From positions 1 to 41,589 of the forward strand of contig JAZQXS010000058.1 of the NCBI GenBank assembly GCA_045633025.1: a stretch of DNA of 41,589 nt. Direction: 5' to 3'. The DNA comes from Eubacteriales bacterium. GTDB lineage: Bacteria; Bacillota; Clostridia; Oscillospirales; CAG-272. Each line of letters starts with the position of its first letter. Within the stretch, counting starts at the first letter, position 1. Both the position numbers and the translations under genes were made by a program. Positions 25,362-33,020 of the stretch are shown piece by piece. Below the pieces are notes generated by a model. It made no database searches, was not told the origin of the DNA, and saw nothing but the letters and a program-made list of their open reading frames with translations.

Positions 25362-27181
25362 GCACCCGCCTCCTTCATCAACGTGTGGAATCCCCATCTT
25401 TTCTTTTCGTTGAACCAACGGTCAATGCATACCTCGCAGGATATATCGTCGCCGTTCTCATCAACCGTGCAGAGAATGTCGCAGCAGAACCAATCGTGCA
25501 GCTTGTGCGTCAGCTCCTCAACGGTTTCGCATGCGGGGATCAGTTTCAAAAGCTCCGACGCTCTATCCGGATCTCTGCCTCGGTCAAACGCGGCCACCCA
25601 CTTCGCCAGCTGCTCCTTGCTCAACAGCTTCAACGCCTCAAATCGGGTCATCTCCTTGCCCGGCTCGGCAGCGACTTCTGCGGCCTCGTTCGCCCCGACC
25701 TTTACCTCCCCCGGATCCTTGCCGCCGTTGGCGTAATACATGGGGCTTGTTCCATCCAGCAGGGCCCGCTCATAGGGCTCCACCTCGTATCCGAGCGCCT
25801 CCAGGAGCTTGTAGATCAGATCCAGCTTATCACTTTTTTCGTAATCGCCCATGTACTGCCTGGCGGTCTTGTCGCCGCTGTACTGCCACGTGTGGAACGG
25901 ATGGTGGCCTCCTCCGTTGTTCTCGATCCCCGCATAGATCGCCCACAATGCGGTCTGCACAGGGTGTCTGCGAGCATCATTTTTAACGTCGTTGAGGAGG
26001 TCATTGTCAGTCTTCCCCTCATGATCTGTCCAGTCACCGAGGAATTCCTCCAGATCGTCTCTTCCGGTGTACGGGTTTCCGTTATTATACGCCCAGTAGT
26101 CCACCGCTCCGGCCATGAACGCGCCGAACACAGCGGTACACGTGGCGGAGTCCAGACCTCCCACCCAGAACTTCCGCTTTTCAGCCAGTTCCTCAAATAC
26201 CTGCTTCAAGCCGTCTGCAACGCGCTTGCGCTCGTTCCATTCGGCATCCCATGCGGCCTTGGCAGGATCCTCGTTCACAGGATCTGCGCCGGTCTTGGCG
26301 AACAGTCGCACCTCGGAGGGATACTCTTCCAGCCAGTAGGCTACCTCCCACTCGGGCTTTACGGTTCCGTCCAACTTCGCGCCGAGGAACTTCTCGTTGG
26401 AGGGCTTGGCGGACTTGGAAACGCTCACAACATGCTTCCATTCGCCCGAATACCGCTCCTTCTGCTCAAGCCTGCGCAGACCCATGCTCTCCATGACCTC
26501 CGTCCAGGCCGACTCCTGCTCTCGCTTCTTCTCGATATCCTTGGCGTTCTTGACCTGCCACTCAAAGTTGGCCGTTCCAATGGCTCCGAGAGCCTTGTCG
26601 CGCAGCTCCTCATCGTTGATCTCGCCCACCTTCTCCAGATCGCCAATGGAGATCTGCTTGCCCTTGGCCGCCTTTTCCAGCTGCTCGGGGGCAATGGCCG
26701 CCACCTTCAGGCGGCGGCGCACCGTGGACTCGCTGATACCCGTCTTCTCGGCGATCTGGGCGGCACCCAGACCCAGATCCATGGAGAGCTGACGCAGACC
26801 CTGCGCCTGCTCCACGGGGGTCAGATCGGTTCTCTGCAGGTTCTCGGTCACCATGGTTGCCAGCTGATCCTCGTAGCTCATGTCCGCGATCACGCAAGGC
26901 ACCTCGGGCAGTCCTGCCAGCTTGGCCGCGCCCAGACGTCTGTGACCGATGACCGCCATGTAGTAGCCGCCGTCGATCTGCTCCGCGGTGATCCCCAGCT
27001 CAGCGATCCGCTCGGCGGGAAGATTCCCGACCTCCACCACCGTCAGGTTCTGCATGATTCCATTTGACTTGATGCTCTCGGCCATCTCGGTGAGATCCCC
27101 CAGCTCCTTGCGGGGGTTCTTGGGGTGCGGCAGGATCTTCTCCGTCCGCAGGTATACGAGGTTGTTTCTTACGGTTTCCAT
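25358..27181 (-). CDS. ParB/Srx-like N-terminal domain protein (607 aa) with HTH and long C-terminal extension
   Basis: KILPHPKNPRK and VIGHRRLGAAKLAG motifs of the ParB-like nuclease domain. HTH segment AAQIAEKTGISESTVRRRL. Confidence 0.75.
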   Translation of the reverse strand: METVRNNLVYLRTEKILPHPKNPRKELGDLTEMAESIKSNGIMQNLTVVEVGNLPAERIAELGITAEQIDGGYYMAVIGHRRLGAAKLAGLPEVPCVIADMSYEDQLATMVTENLQRTDLTPVEQAQGLRQLSMDLGLGAAQIAEKTGISESTVRRRLKVAAIAPEQLEKAAKGKQISIGDLEKVGEINDEELRDKALGAIGTANFEWQVKNAKDIEKKREQESAWTEVMESMGLRRLEQKERYSGEWKHVVSVSKSAKPSNEKFLGAKLDGTVKPEWEVAYWLEEYPSEVRLFAKTGADPVNEDPAKAAWDAEWNERKRVADGLKQVFEELAEKRKFWVGGLDSATCTAVFGAFMAGAVDYWAYNNGNPYTGRDDLEEFLGDWTDHEGKTDNDLLNDVKNDARRHPVQTALWAIYAGIENNGGGHHPFHTWQYSGDKTARQYMGDYEKSDKLDLIYKLLEALGYEVEPYERALLDGTSPMYYANGGKDPGEVKVGANEAAEVAAEPGKEMTRFEALKLLSKEQLAKWVAAFDRGRDPDRASELLKLIPACETVEELTHKLHDWFCCDILCTVDENGDDISCEVCIDRWFNEKKRWGFHTLMKEAGA

Positions 27182-27187
27182 TTTTCT

Positions 27188-27532
27188 TTATCCTTCCTTT
27201 TGTTCTTTAAGTTTCCTTTTTTCTGCATCGGTCATAATTGCGACCAGCACGGCCGCAAAAAGCCAATCCTCGTTCTGGAACTCGTAGCACTCTATACGAT
27301 CATTTTCGCGTATCTCGAGCCTTATGTCCACTTTGTACTTGACATCTATGGGATCTGATACGCTTGATTTTTTTGGCGTACAGGTGATGCTAACTTTTGT
27401 CCCTAATCCTATCATTTCTCTTGACTTAAACTTGGTGCATCGTATATCTGCCGTGTCACCGCAAAGCACCCTTCTGAAAGAGCAAATTTTAAGGCATTCT
27501 TCGTTGTTTGTGCAGTCTTCGCATCGTGCCAT
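27188..27532 (-). CDS. Cys-rich small protein (114 aa)
   Basis: ATG 27532 lies 1 nt after the upstream stop; an alternative GTG is at 27541. Contains CEDCTNNEECLKIC. Confidence 0.4.
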   Translation of the reverse strand: MARCEDCTNNEECLKICSFRRVLCGDTADIRCTKFKSREMIGLGTKVSITCTPKKSSVSDPIDVKYKVDIRLEIRENDRIECYEFQNEDWLFAAVLVAIMTDAEKRKLKEQKEG

Positions 27533-27533
27533 A

Positions 27534-27761
27534 TCACTCACCGCCTTTCTTAAGTGCTTTTATCTTGGCATTGATGTGATTGACCACCATGTTTTCAACG
27601 TCCATCAGCCCGTTAATCGCCTGCCAACACCTTTCTCTGCACCAGGACGGCTGTTTCTTTACGTTTTTTATTACATCGAGGCAAAAAAGAAACGTACCGC
27701 GAGACCAGCATCCGTCGCAGGCTCGCTCGTTGCACCAAGCCTTGAATTCCTGGAATGTCAT
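27534..27761 (-). CDS. Cys/Trp-rich small protein (75 aa)
   Basis: ATGA overlap with the upstream stop. Sequence begins MTFQEFKAWCNERACDGCWSRG... Confidence 0.4.
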   Translation of the reverse strand: MTFQEFKAWCNERACDGCWSRGTFLFCLDVIKNVKKQPSWCRERCWQAINGLMDVENMVVNHINAKIKALKKGGE

Positions 27762-28057
27762 TCCGCGCCGCCTCCCATCTTCGCAAAACTGCAATACTCT
27801 TCCGGCTCTACACGGCAATTTCGCGCATAACAATACCACGACTCTTTCGCCTCTTCGCCGATCTCCTTAATCGGGTATCTGTGTTCGCAAAACTTGCAAT
27901 TCTTACACAGGATCACCATGCGCCATCCTGCGTTGTACAAGGCTTTTGCATACCACGCACCAAACCCATCGTTCATGCTCCCGATAGTCGCAAGAGCGTT
28001 TACTTTGGCCGTCTCAAGATCCTCGGCCATCTCCTCAATCTGCTTTTCTTCGCTCAT
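27758..28057 (-). CDS. Cys-rich small protein (99 aa)
   Basis: ATGA overlap at 28054-28057; the long 213-aa track ORF is an upstream extension across the neighbouring gene. Contains CKNCKFCEH...CYARNC. Confidence 0.45.
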   Translation of the reverse strand: MSEEKQIEEMAEDLETAKVNALATIGSMNDGFGAWYAKALYNAGWRMVILCKNCKFCEHRYPIKEIGEEAKESWYCYARNCRVEPEEYCSFAKMGGGAE

Positions 28058-28479
28058 CGTTTCTTCCTCCACGGTGCGAAATACACACCACCCTCGGCAT
28101 CCATCGTCACGCCCCGCTCCCACTCCAGCACGTCCGCTCCCTTCTTGCGCAGCTCCTCCCGCATGTAGTAGTCCTCCACGTTCTTGCCGGTGGCCGCCAG
28201 CTCGTAGCGGCCCTCCTGCACTCGCAGATCCCTGCGAGCCTCCGCCCGACAGCGGATCATGCCCTCCCAGTCTTGACGCAGTCTCTCGGCGCCATGCGGG
28301 TCCTTCTCCTTCGTTGCGAGGTAGTAAAGCATAGAGATCAGCATCGCATCGGCCGTGGCCTCGTGCTCCAGCATGCGGTATTTGGCTACCCGATTCCACG
28401 CCCGGATGTCCGCATCGGTCATATCCGGGAACTGCCGCAGGATCATGGGCGGCTCCTTTTTCTCAAAGTTTGCCTTCAT
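28054..28479 (-). CDS. Hypothetical early protein (141 aa)
   Basis: AAAGGA RBS lies 8 nt before the ATG. Confidence 0.4.
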   Translation of the reverse strand: MKANFEKKEPPMILRQFPDMTDADIRAWNRVAKYRMLEHEATADAMLISMLYYLATKEKDPHGAERLRQDWEGMIRCRAEARRDLRVQEGRYELAATGKNVEDYYMREELRKKGADVLEWERGVTMDAEGGVYFAPWRKKR

Positions 28480-28506
28480 GTTCTTGTTCCTTTCTTTTTT
28501 CCGAGA

Positions 28507-28776
28507 TCAGACCTCGATCTCAAAATCCTTGTTTTCCTTCCCAAAAGCCAGCTCCCGCGTCTTGGGCACGTAGGTCGCATGGCGGTATATGATACCACCT
28601 CGCAGTTTGAAAACGCCGTAGCGGTAGTCAGGCACGCCTATCCAGCTGGCCTGCACCTGGCCGTTGATCAAAAAGTCGATCTCATAGCCCTCGACCACCC
28701 GGCGCTCGCCCTTGAAATCGTAGACACGCCGCTTGTAGTCTCCGCGCCTCCACTTGGCCGTGTACTTGGCCATCAC
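28507..28776 (-). CDS. Hypothetical early protein (89 aa)
   Basis: ATGA overlap with the upstream stop. Confidence 0.4.
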   Translation of the reverse strand: MMAKYTAKWRRGDYKRRVYDFKGERRVVEGYEIDFLINGQVQASWIGVPDYRYGVFKLRGGIIYRHATYVPKTRELAFGKENKDFEIEV

Positions 28777-29051
28777 GCCACCTCCTCCGGCTTCAGCATC
28801 CTCGTCACCAAGTCCCCAACGGGGATCTCAAACATCTTGGCCGCGCTCTCGATGTTGGACACCGTCCAGCGGTCGGGGTGCTTCATGCGGTCGTAGTAGG
28901 TCGCCCTGCATACGCCCATGTACCCCATGACGTTCTCCGCCGGCACGTGTCTCTTGTCGCAGATCAGCTTTAGGTTGGCACAGAAGGTGTCGCCGATGCC
29001 CATCTTCCGGATCGACTTCTTGACCGTCTTCTTGACCGCCTTCTCAGCCAT
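28773..29051 (-). CDS. Small HTH-like protein (92 aa)
   Basis: Start trimmed to ATG 29051, adjacent to the upstream stop. VCRATYYDRMKHPDRWTVSNIESAAKMFEI is HTH-like. Confidence 0.4.
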   Translation of the reverse strand: MAEKAVKKTVKKSIRKMGIGDTFCANLKLICDKRHVPAENVMGYMGVCRATYYDRMKHPDRWTVSNIESAAKMFEIPVGDLVTRMLKPEEVA

Positions 29052-29191
29052 CAGCTCTCCCCCCTCTTCCACTTCTTGCGGGTCCTCTCTCTCTTGCAAG
29101 GGCTGTCCCACAGCTCCGCGTCATCCTCATATGTAAGAACTACCGACAAGCCCTTAAAAAACCAAACGATATTTTCCCAAATGGCTCTCAT
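29051..29191 (-). CDS. Small hypothetical protein (46 aa)
   Basis: Start ATG 29191 lies just after the 29196 stop. Weak call. Confidence 0.25.
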   Translation of the reverse strand: MRAIWENIVWFFKGLSVVLTYEDDAELWDSPCKRERTRKKWKRGES

Positions 29192-29195
29192 GATT

Positions 29196-29618
29196 TTATA
29201 CCTCCTCCAGATGTTCCTCACAGCAAAACCAGCCGCGCTCAAATTTTGGTTCAATGCCTATGTCCCGCGCCCGGTAGTCCGTCACCCCGTCGAAGATCTC
29301 CCGCGGAAACTCCACCGTATACGTCCGCGTATCCACGTAGATTACGGTACCCACCCATCCGTCAATGTCCGGATTCCCGGTACCGTCGGTGTGATACTTT
29401 ACCTTGTCACCTATATTGAACTTGCGATCCACGTTGATCTCTCCGCTCCGCACCTTGGCGTCGCACAGCCGGCAGACGTATTTGACAAACTTGATAGGCC
29501 CCGTATATCTCGTCCGCATCATCTTGGTGCCGGTCGGGAACCGCTCGTGGCAGATAGCGCACACGTGCGGAGCCTTCACCACCGTTAAGCCCTGCTCCTT
29601 GATCTTGAGGTCGCTCAT
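29196..29618 (-). CDS. Zinc-ribbon protein (140 aa)
   Basis: ATGA overlap at 29615-29618. CAICHERF...CRLCDAK motif. The 182-aa track ORF is an upstream extension. Confidence 0.45.
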   Translation of the reverse strand: MSDLKIKEQGLTVVKAPHVCAICHERFPTGTKMMRTRYTGPIKFVKYVCRLCDAKVRSGEINVDRKFNIGDKVKYHTDGTGNPDIDGWVGTVIYVDTRTYTVEFPREIFDGVTDYRARDIGIEPKFERGWFCCEEHLEEV

Positions 29619-29866
29619 TGACTCGCCTCCTGCTCCTGCCGCCCGCGGCGGGGAGGAGCCGTGAACCACGTCCGCCCGAGATCGCAGTAGGGATAGTATG
29701 TGCCCAGATCCTCCTGAGGCGGGTTGTGGTCGCTCACGAAGCATCCCTTGGACGCAACCTCTGTTACCGTCACAGCAATAAGCCCGTCCTCGCCGTCATC
29801 ATCCTCATACGGTACGTAAATCTTCTGCCCGATCTTGACAGGCGCATAAAACACATGCTTCTCCAT
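29615..29866 (-). CDS. Hypothetical early protein (83 aa)
   Basis: Complete ORF packed tightly after the 29868 stop. Confidence 0.4.
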   Translation of the reverse strand: MEKHVFYAPVKIGQKIYVPYEDDDGEDGLIAVTVTEVASKGCFVSDHNPPQEDLGTYYPYCDLGRTWFTAPPRRGRQEQEASQ

Positions 29867-29867
29867 G

Positions 29868-30188
29868 TCAGTCCTCCTCCGAGTCTACCTCGACCATTTT
29901 TTTCTTGGACTGCGTGATCATCATGAGAAGCTGCATCGTCGGGTCTTCTTCCATGACTTCTTTTATAATTCCTTGCAGCCCCTCCAGCAAGCTCAATTTT
30001 TCAAACGGATCGACGCCGAACAGATGCTGTCCTGACGCCATACCCACAGCTATTCTCTCGGGCTCTACGTCATCCTTTATCTCGTCAAGATGCGCGTACA
30101 TGATCCCCCAAGTCGTGAAATCCTGGATGACCCTCCCGGTGTTCTCCTCCACGATTTTTACGCGAAGCATTCTTTTTTCCTTGCTCAT
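29868..30188 (-). CDS. Hypothetical early protein (106 aa)
   Basis: AGGAGA RBS. Confidence 0.4.
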   Translation of the reverse strand: MSKEKRMLRVKIVEENTGRVIQDFTTWGIMYAHLDEIKDDVEPERIAVGMASGQHLFGVDPFEKLSLLEGLQGIIKEVMEEDPTMQLLMMITQSKKKMVEVDSEED

Positions 30189-30211
30189 GCTCTTGTTCTC
30201 CTTTTCGTTTT

Positions 30212-30610
30212 TTATTTCACCTTCCGCCCGGTGACCCGCATCAACGCAGGCTCCAGCGGCATGATCTTCTTGGTTTCAGGGCTCCATACCCCCACGGGCA
30301 AGCCGTCCTCGGTTACCACGTACATCCAGTCCTCGGGGATGATCACCGACAGCTCCCCCTGCAGCTCGGGGTACTTCCCCCGCACTTCCTCGATCTCCGC
30401 GGCTACCCGGCTGCGCTCCTCGTCGCACGCGCCCGTCAGCTTGAGGTCGATCTGCACCCGCATGCTCTGCGCCGCAGGGGTGTTGTCCCCGCGCAGGGCC
30501 TCGATCACCCGCGTCTTGGCCTTTCCAAACATGGCACCCAGGGCCTCGGTGGTGATCCCGAAGGACTTCATCCGCATCTCACAGCGGTGCTTAAACTCAT
30601 CTTTTCTCAT
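30212..30610 (-). CDS. Cro/antirepressor-like HTH protein (132 aa)
   Basis: GITTEALGAMFGKAKTRVIEALRG is HTH-like. It is the first gene of the tightly packed early block. RBS is weak. Confidence 0.4.
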   Translation of the reverse strand: MRKDEFKHRCEMRMKSFGITTEALGAMFGKAKTRVIEALRGDNTPAAQSMRVQIDLKLTGACDEERSRVAAEIEEVRGKYPELQGELSVIIPEDWMYVVTEDGLPVGVWSPETKKIMPLEPALMRVTGRKVK

Positions 30611-30638
30611 AATACTCAGTTTTTTTCTCCTTTTTCTA

Positions 30639-30667
30639 TTGACAAATCTGATTTTGTGTGCTAATAT
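30639..30667 (+). promoter_or_regulatory. Sigma-A promoter TTGACA-17-TGcTAATAT for the plus-strand 110-aa gene
   Basis: -35 at 30639-30644; -10 at 30662-30667 inside the palindrome ctaatattag. Confidence 0.65.
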
Positions 30668-30755
30668 TAGTTCGAAAGTTAGATTTCAGCCCGCGCCAAC
30701 GGGCTATCTTTATCACCGTGCCTGTACCATTGGTACGGGATAGTTAGGGGGCTCC

Positions 30756-31088
30756 ATGAATTTAAGCCGTCGCCAAACCGCTCTCCTGAAGCGCATCGGT
30801 CAACGACGTGTCATCAGGACGAACAAGAAAAGCATTGACGATCTCGTTTACCTGTACGATCTCAGTCTGATCTCCGTCGTCAGTTGTCCGAAGGAAGACG
30901 ACTACTATTTTGAAGCATCCGGTCTTACCGAGAAAGGCAAGGCTGTTCTCGATGAAAGGATTCTGTATTACAGAGACCGCCGCGTTCCTCACGTGGCCCT
31001 CGGTCTATCTGTAGCGGCTATCCTCATATCTCTCGCCTCTCTGGTTCTCCAGTTCCTCGGCCTCAGCCTGCCGCCATTTTCAGTATGA
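30756..31088 (+). CDS. Lysogeny-strand membrane-anchored protein (110 aa), possibly wHTH-like N-terminus plus C-terminal TM
   Basis: AGGGGG RBS. C-terminal VALGLSVAAILISLASLVLQFLGL. Runs antisense to the early lytic transcript. Confidence 0.5.
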   Translation: MNLSRRQTALLKRIGQRRVIRTNKKSIDDLVYLYDLSLISVVSCPKEDDYYFEASGLTEKGKAVLDERILYYRDRRVPHVALGLSVAAILISLASLVLQFLGLSLPPFSV

Positions 31089-31329
31089 TCGATGCTACCG
31101 CGAGCAGGATCGCCACCACGTTCAGTACAATGCACACGTAGTACACCTTCTTCGCGTCCGTCGGGAACCGCTCCCACGTTGGGATCTCGTGCCCCCGTCC
31201 GAATCGCTTACGGATCTGCTTGTTGATCCATTTCATTTCCTGTTTGGTTTCCACCACTAACGACTCTTGGAAAAGCCCCAGATATTCGTCGTAGTGTTCC
31301 GAGAAGTATCTGTCCTTTTTCCGACTCAT
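31063..31329 (-). CDS. Small C-terminally membrane-anchored protein (88 aa), first ORF of the early transcript
   Basis: GGAAGGGAAG RBS. C-terminal YYVCIVLNVVAILLAVASIIL. Its 3' end overlaps the convergent 110-aa gene by 26 nt. Confidence 0.5.
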   Translation of the reverse strand: MSRKKDRYFSEHYDEYLGLFQESLVVETKQEMKWINKQIRKRFGRGHEIPTWERFPTDAKKVYYVCIVLNVVAILLAVASIILKMAAG

Positions 31330-31386
31330 CCATTCACTTCCCTTCCTATATTATAGTCCGTACCCTCGGTACTCCCCGCGCCCTAA

Positions 31387-31432
31387 TTTTTCCCCCGCTC
31401 GACGAAAGGTAGAAAGACGAGCGAGGGAAAAA
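31387..31432. promoter_or_regulatory. 15-bp inverted repeat TTTTTCCCCCGCTCG-N16-CGAGCGAGGGAAAAA in the early leader
   Basis: Read directly. A-tract follows the stem in both orientations, so this is not a canonical terminator. Confidence 0.5.
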
Positions 31433-31582
31433 TCAGAACAAGAGGCAATGCTAAGGAAAATACCGAATGGCACCAACCCGCCACGGACGGCGATAATCGA
31501 CCGGCCGAGAACTATGAAAAACTCGGCAGCCTTCTGCCGGAGGGGAGATACCAGCCTCTCTCCCTCGGCGGGTTGTGGCTTT

Positions 31583-31611
31583 ATTATATCTCATGAATCT
31601 CATTTTGTCAA
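31583..31611 (-). promoter_or_regulatory. Consensus early lytic promoter TTGACA-17-TATAAT
   Basis: Minus strand: -35 at 31606-31611, -10 at 31583-31588. Embedded among the operator repeats. Confidence 0.75.
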
Positions 31612-31669
31612 TGCCTATTTCTCATTTTTCTTATTTTTGTGCGTCTGCACAAAATGAGAAATATGAGAT
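31588..31669. promoter_or_regulatory. Operator array: five (A/T)TCTCAT half-sites plus central palindrome TTTTGTGC-gtct-GCACAAAA
   Basis: Forward copies at 31588-94, 31597-603 and 31619-25. Reverse copies at 31654-60 and 31663-69. Palindrome at 31635-31654. Confidence 0.55.
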
Positions 31670-31702
31670 TGGTAAATCTAAACAACACAAGGAGAAAAAA
31701 CA

Positions 31703-32038
31703 ATGTTCTGGGAACGTCTTGTACAGTTATGCGCAGAACGCAACACTAAACCCAACCCCGTGGCCAAGGAACTCGGCATCTCCTCGGGGTCTGTCACAAA
31801 TTGGAAAAACGGTGCCGTCCCCCATAGCGCAACCTTAAAAAAGATTGCCGACTACTTCGGTGTCAGCACGTCTTATCTGCTCGGCGTGTCAGACGATCCC
31901 GACCCCATCGCTCTGGTGGATCCAAGCAAAAAAGAGCCACCCATGCTGGAGTGGCTCACTAAGCTCGACGATATGACCCCCGACGAGCTCGCAGAAGTAG
32001 AGCAATTCGTGGACTTTGTTTTGTCCAGAAAGAAGTGA
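31703..32038 (+). CDS. XRE-family HTH repressor (CI-like, 111 aa)
   Basis: VAKELGISSGSVTNWKNGAVPHSATLKKIADYFGVSTSYLLG is a classic XRE HTH. AAGGAGA RBS. Divergent from the early promoter. Confidence 0.8.
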   Translation: MFWERLVQLCAERNTKPNPVAKELGISSGSVTNWKNGAVPHSATLKKIADYFGVSTSYLLGVSDDPDPIALVDPSKKEPPMLEWLTKLDDMTPDELAEVEQFVDFVLSRKK

Positions 32039-32066
32039 AATTTCAGTTGTTCTTCATTTCTGCTAA

Positions 32067-32120
32067 ATTTCCGCAAATATCCCCTATTATTTCGCAAATA
32101 TCCCCCTGTTATTCCGCAAT
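32067..32120. repeat. 22-bp tandem direct repeats (about 2.5 copies) ATT(T)CCGCAAATATCCCC(C)T(A/G)TT
   Basis: Copies at 32067-32088, 32089-32110 and a partial one at 32111-32120. Confidence 0.8.
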
Positions 32121-32146
32121 AAAAAAGCCCCGCCGTATGGCGAGGC
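32121..32146 (-). terminator. Rho-independent terminator after toxN (gcctcgccatacggcggggc + tttttt)
   Basis: Sits 13 nt after the toxN stop. Identical 26-mer to 33021-33046. Confidence 0.75.
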
Positions 32147-32158
32147 TGTGTGTATGTA

Positions 32159-32659
32159 TCATTTTGATTTGGGCTTGTGGTTTGGATCGTAACGCTTGCA
32201 CGCCCGCTCCAGCTTCTTGAAATCGCAAGAAATGCTTGCCAAGAACTTGTTGTCCCCGGACACAACGTCAAAGTACGTCTGTTGCGCGTGGAACAGTATG
32301 CTTGCCTTGGAACGGTTGCAGATCGTGATCTGCCTTTGCAAAAGGTTTCTGTATTTATCGTCGGACTCTTTGGAGATGTCGTACTCGATCAGAGCCTCAT
32401 CGGGAACGGGTATCATGTTGTTGAATCCCAGCAGCCCGTAGTTTCCGCCGTCCAGCTTCATGATGTGCTTCCCTGCCTTGATCTTGGCGTGGTTTGGCTT
32501 CGGAGATTCCATCGGCACGAAATACTTAAATTTCCCAAAGGCGAACACCACACCCACGTAAGGTCTCTTGGCGTTCTTATTGTACTGCACGCGGGAGTCT
32601 GTCCCGTTCAGATATCGCACGTAGTGATCGGTGATTCTGTAAATTCTCAGGTTTTCCAT
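32159..32659 (-). CDS. toxN: Type III toxin-antitoxin toxin, ToxN/AbiQ-family endoribonuclease
   Basis: 166 aa. GGAGAG RBS before ATG 32659. Blocks RIYRITDHYVRYL, RPYVGVVF, KYFVPMESPKPNH, LGFNNMIPVP, YRNLLQRQ and CDFKKLE align with remembered ToxN (KFYTISSKYIEYL, AFIGIVL, KYLAPLTSPKKWH, MIPI, YKRMLYKQ, CNFSLLE). Confidence 0.85.
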   Translation of the reverse strand: MENLRIYRITDHYVRYLNGTDSRVQYNKNAKRPYVGVVFAFGKFKYFVPMESPKPNHAKIKAGKHIMKLDGGNYGLLGFNNMIPVPDEALIEYDISKESDDKYRNLLQRQITICNRSKASILFHAQQTYFDVVSGDNKFLASISCDFKKLERACKRYDPNHKPKSK

Positions 32660-32676
32660 TGTCTCTCCATTTAGTA

Positions 32677-32710
32677 ATGGCGAGACGGAGAACCGCCTCG
32701 CCATTTTTTT
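32677..32710. terminator. Hairpin atggcgag...ctcgccat between the RNA repeats and toxN; the T7 run lies on the plus-strand side
   Basis: 8-bp outer stem plus 3-bp inner stem. On the toxN sense strand it is preceded by A7 and lacks a U-tract. Confidence 0.45.
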
Positions 32711-32712
32711 GA

Positions 32713-32820
32713 CTCCCTACTTACGGCAAGGGATCTCCGCTTTTTTAAGGCTCGTATCACGGAACAAGCTAACCGCTTTTTTAAGGACGAACTTACGGCA
32801 TCGTCTATCCGCTTGGATGG
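32713..32820 (-). ncRNA. toxI: Candidate type III antitoxin RNA (ToxI-like): about three tandem 36-nt repeats
   Basis: Period is exactly 36 nt; ccgcttttttaagg starts at 32737 and 32773, with degenerate copies at 32701 and 32809. On the sense strand each unit starts CCTTAAAAAAGCGG, and GCCGTAAGT recurs. Located between the promoter and toxN. Confidence 0.7.
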
Positions 32821-32883
32821 AGGTGATGAGAGGACGTGGGAGCACGTTCACTATCACGTTGCGTGGATTTTCTCCACGCCTAT

Positions 32884-32912
32884 ATTATATTACAAAGCCC
32901 CGCAAATGTAAA
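32884..32912 (-). promoter_or_regulatory. toxIN promoter TTTACA-17-TATAAT
   Basis: Minus strand: -35 at 32907-32912, -10 at 32884-32889. An A/T-rich UP-like tract lies upstream. Confidence 0.7.
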
Positions 32913-32980
32913 CCCCCATTTTGCACAATTTTTTATTCCCAAACTTGTAAAGATTAACCGCATTTTGCCACCTCCGGCAA

Positions 32981-33011
32981 AATGGTAAAGCCCCCGCCTC
33001 TCGGCAGGGGC
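32981..33011 (-). terminator. Second insulating terminator gcccctgcc-gaga-ggcgggggc + tttaccatt
   Basis: Read on the minus strand, just downstream of the 33021-33046 terminator. Confidence 0.5.
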
Positions 33012-33020
33012 GTGGCAAAC

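Noticed and set aside
32701-32844. CRISPR array
   Set aside because: The 36-nt units are contiguous and degenerate, with no unique spacers, and sit directly upstream of a ToxN-family gene. No cas genes are in the window.
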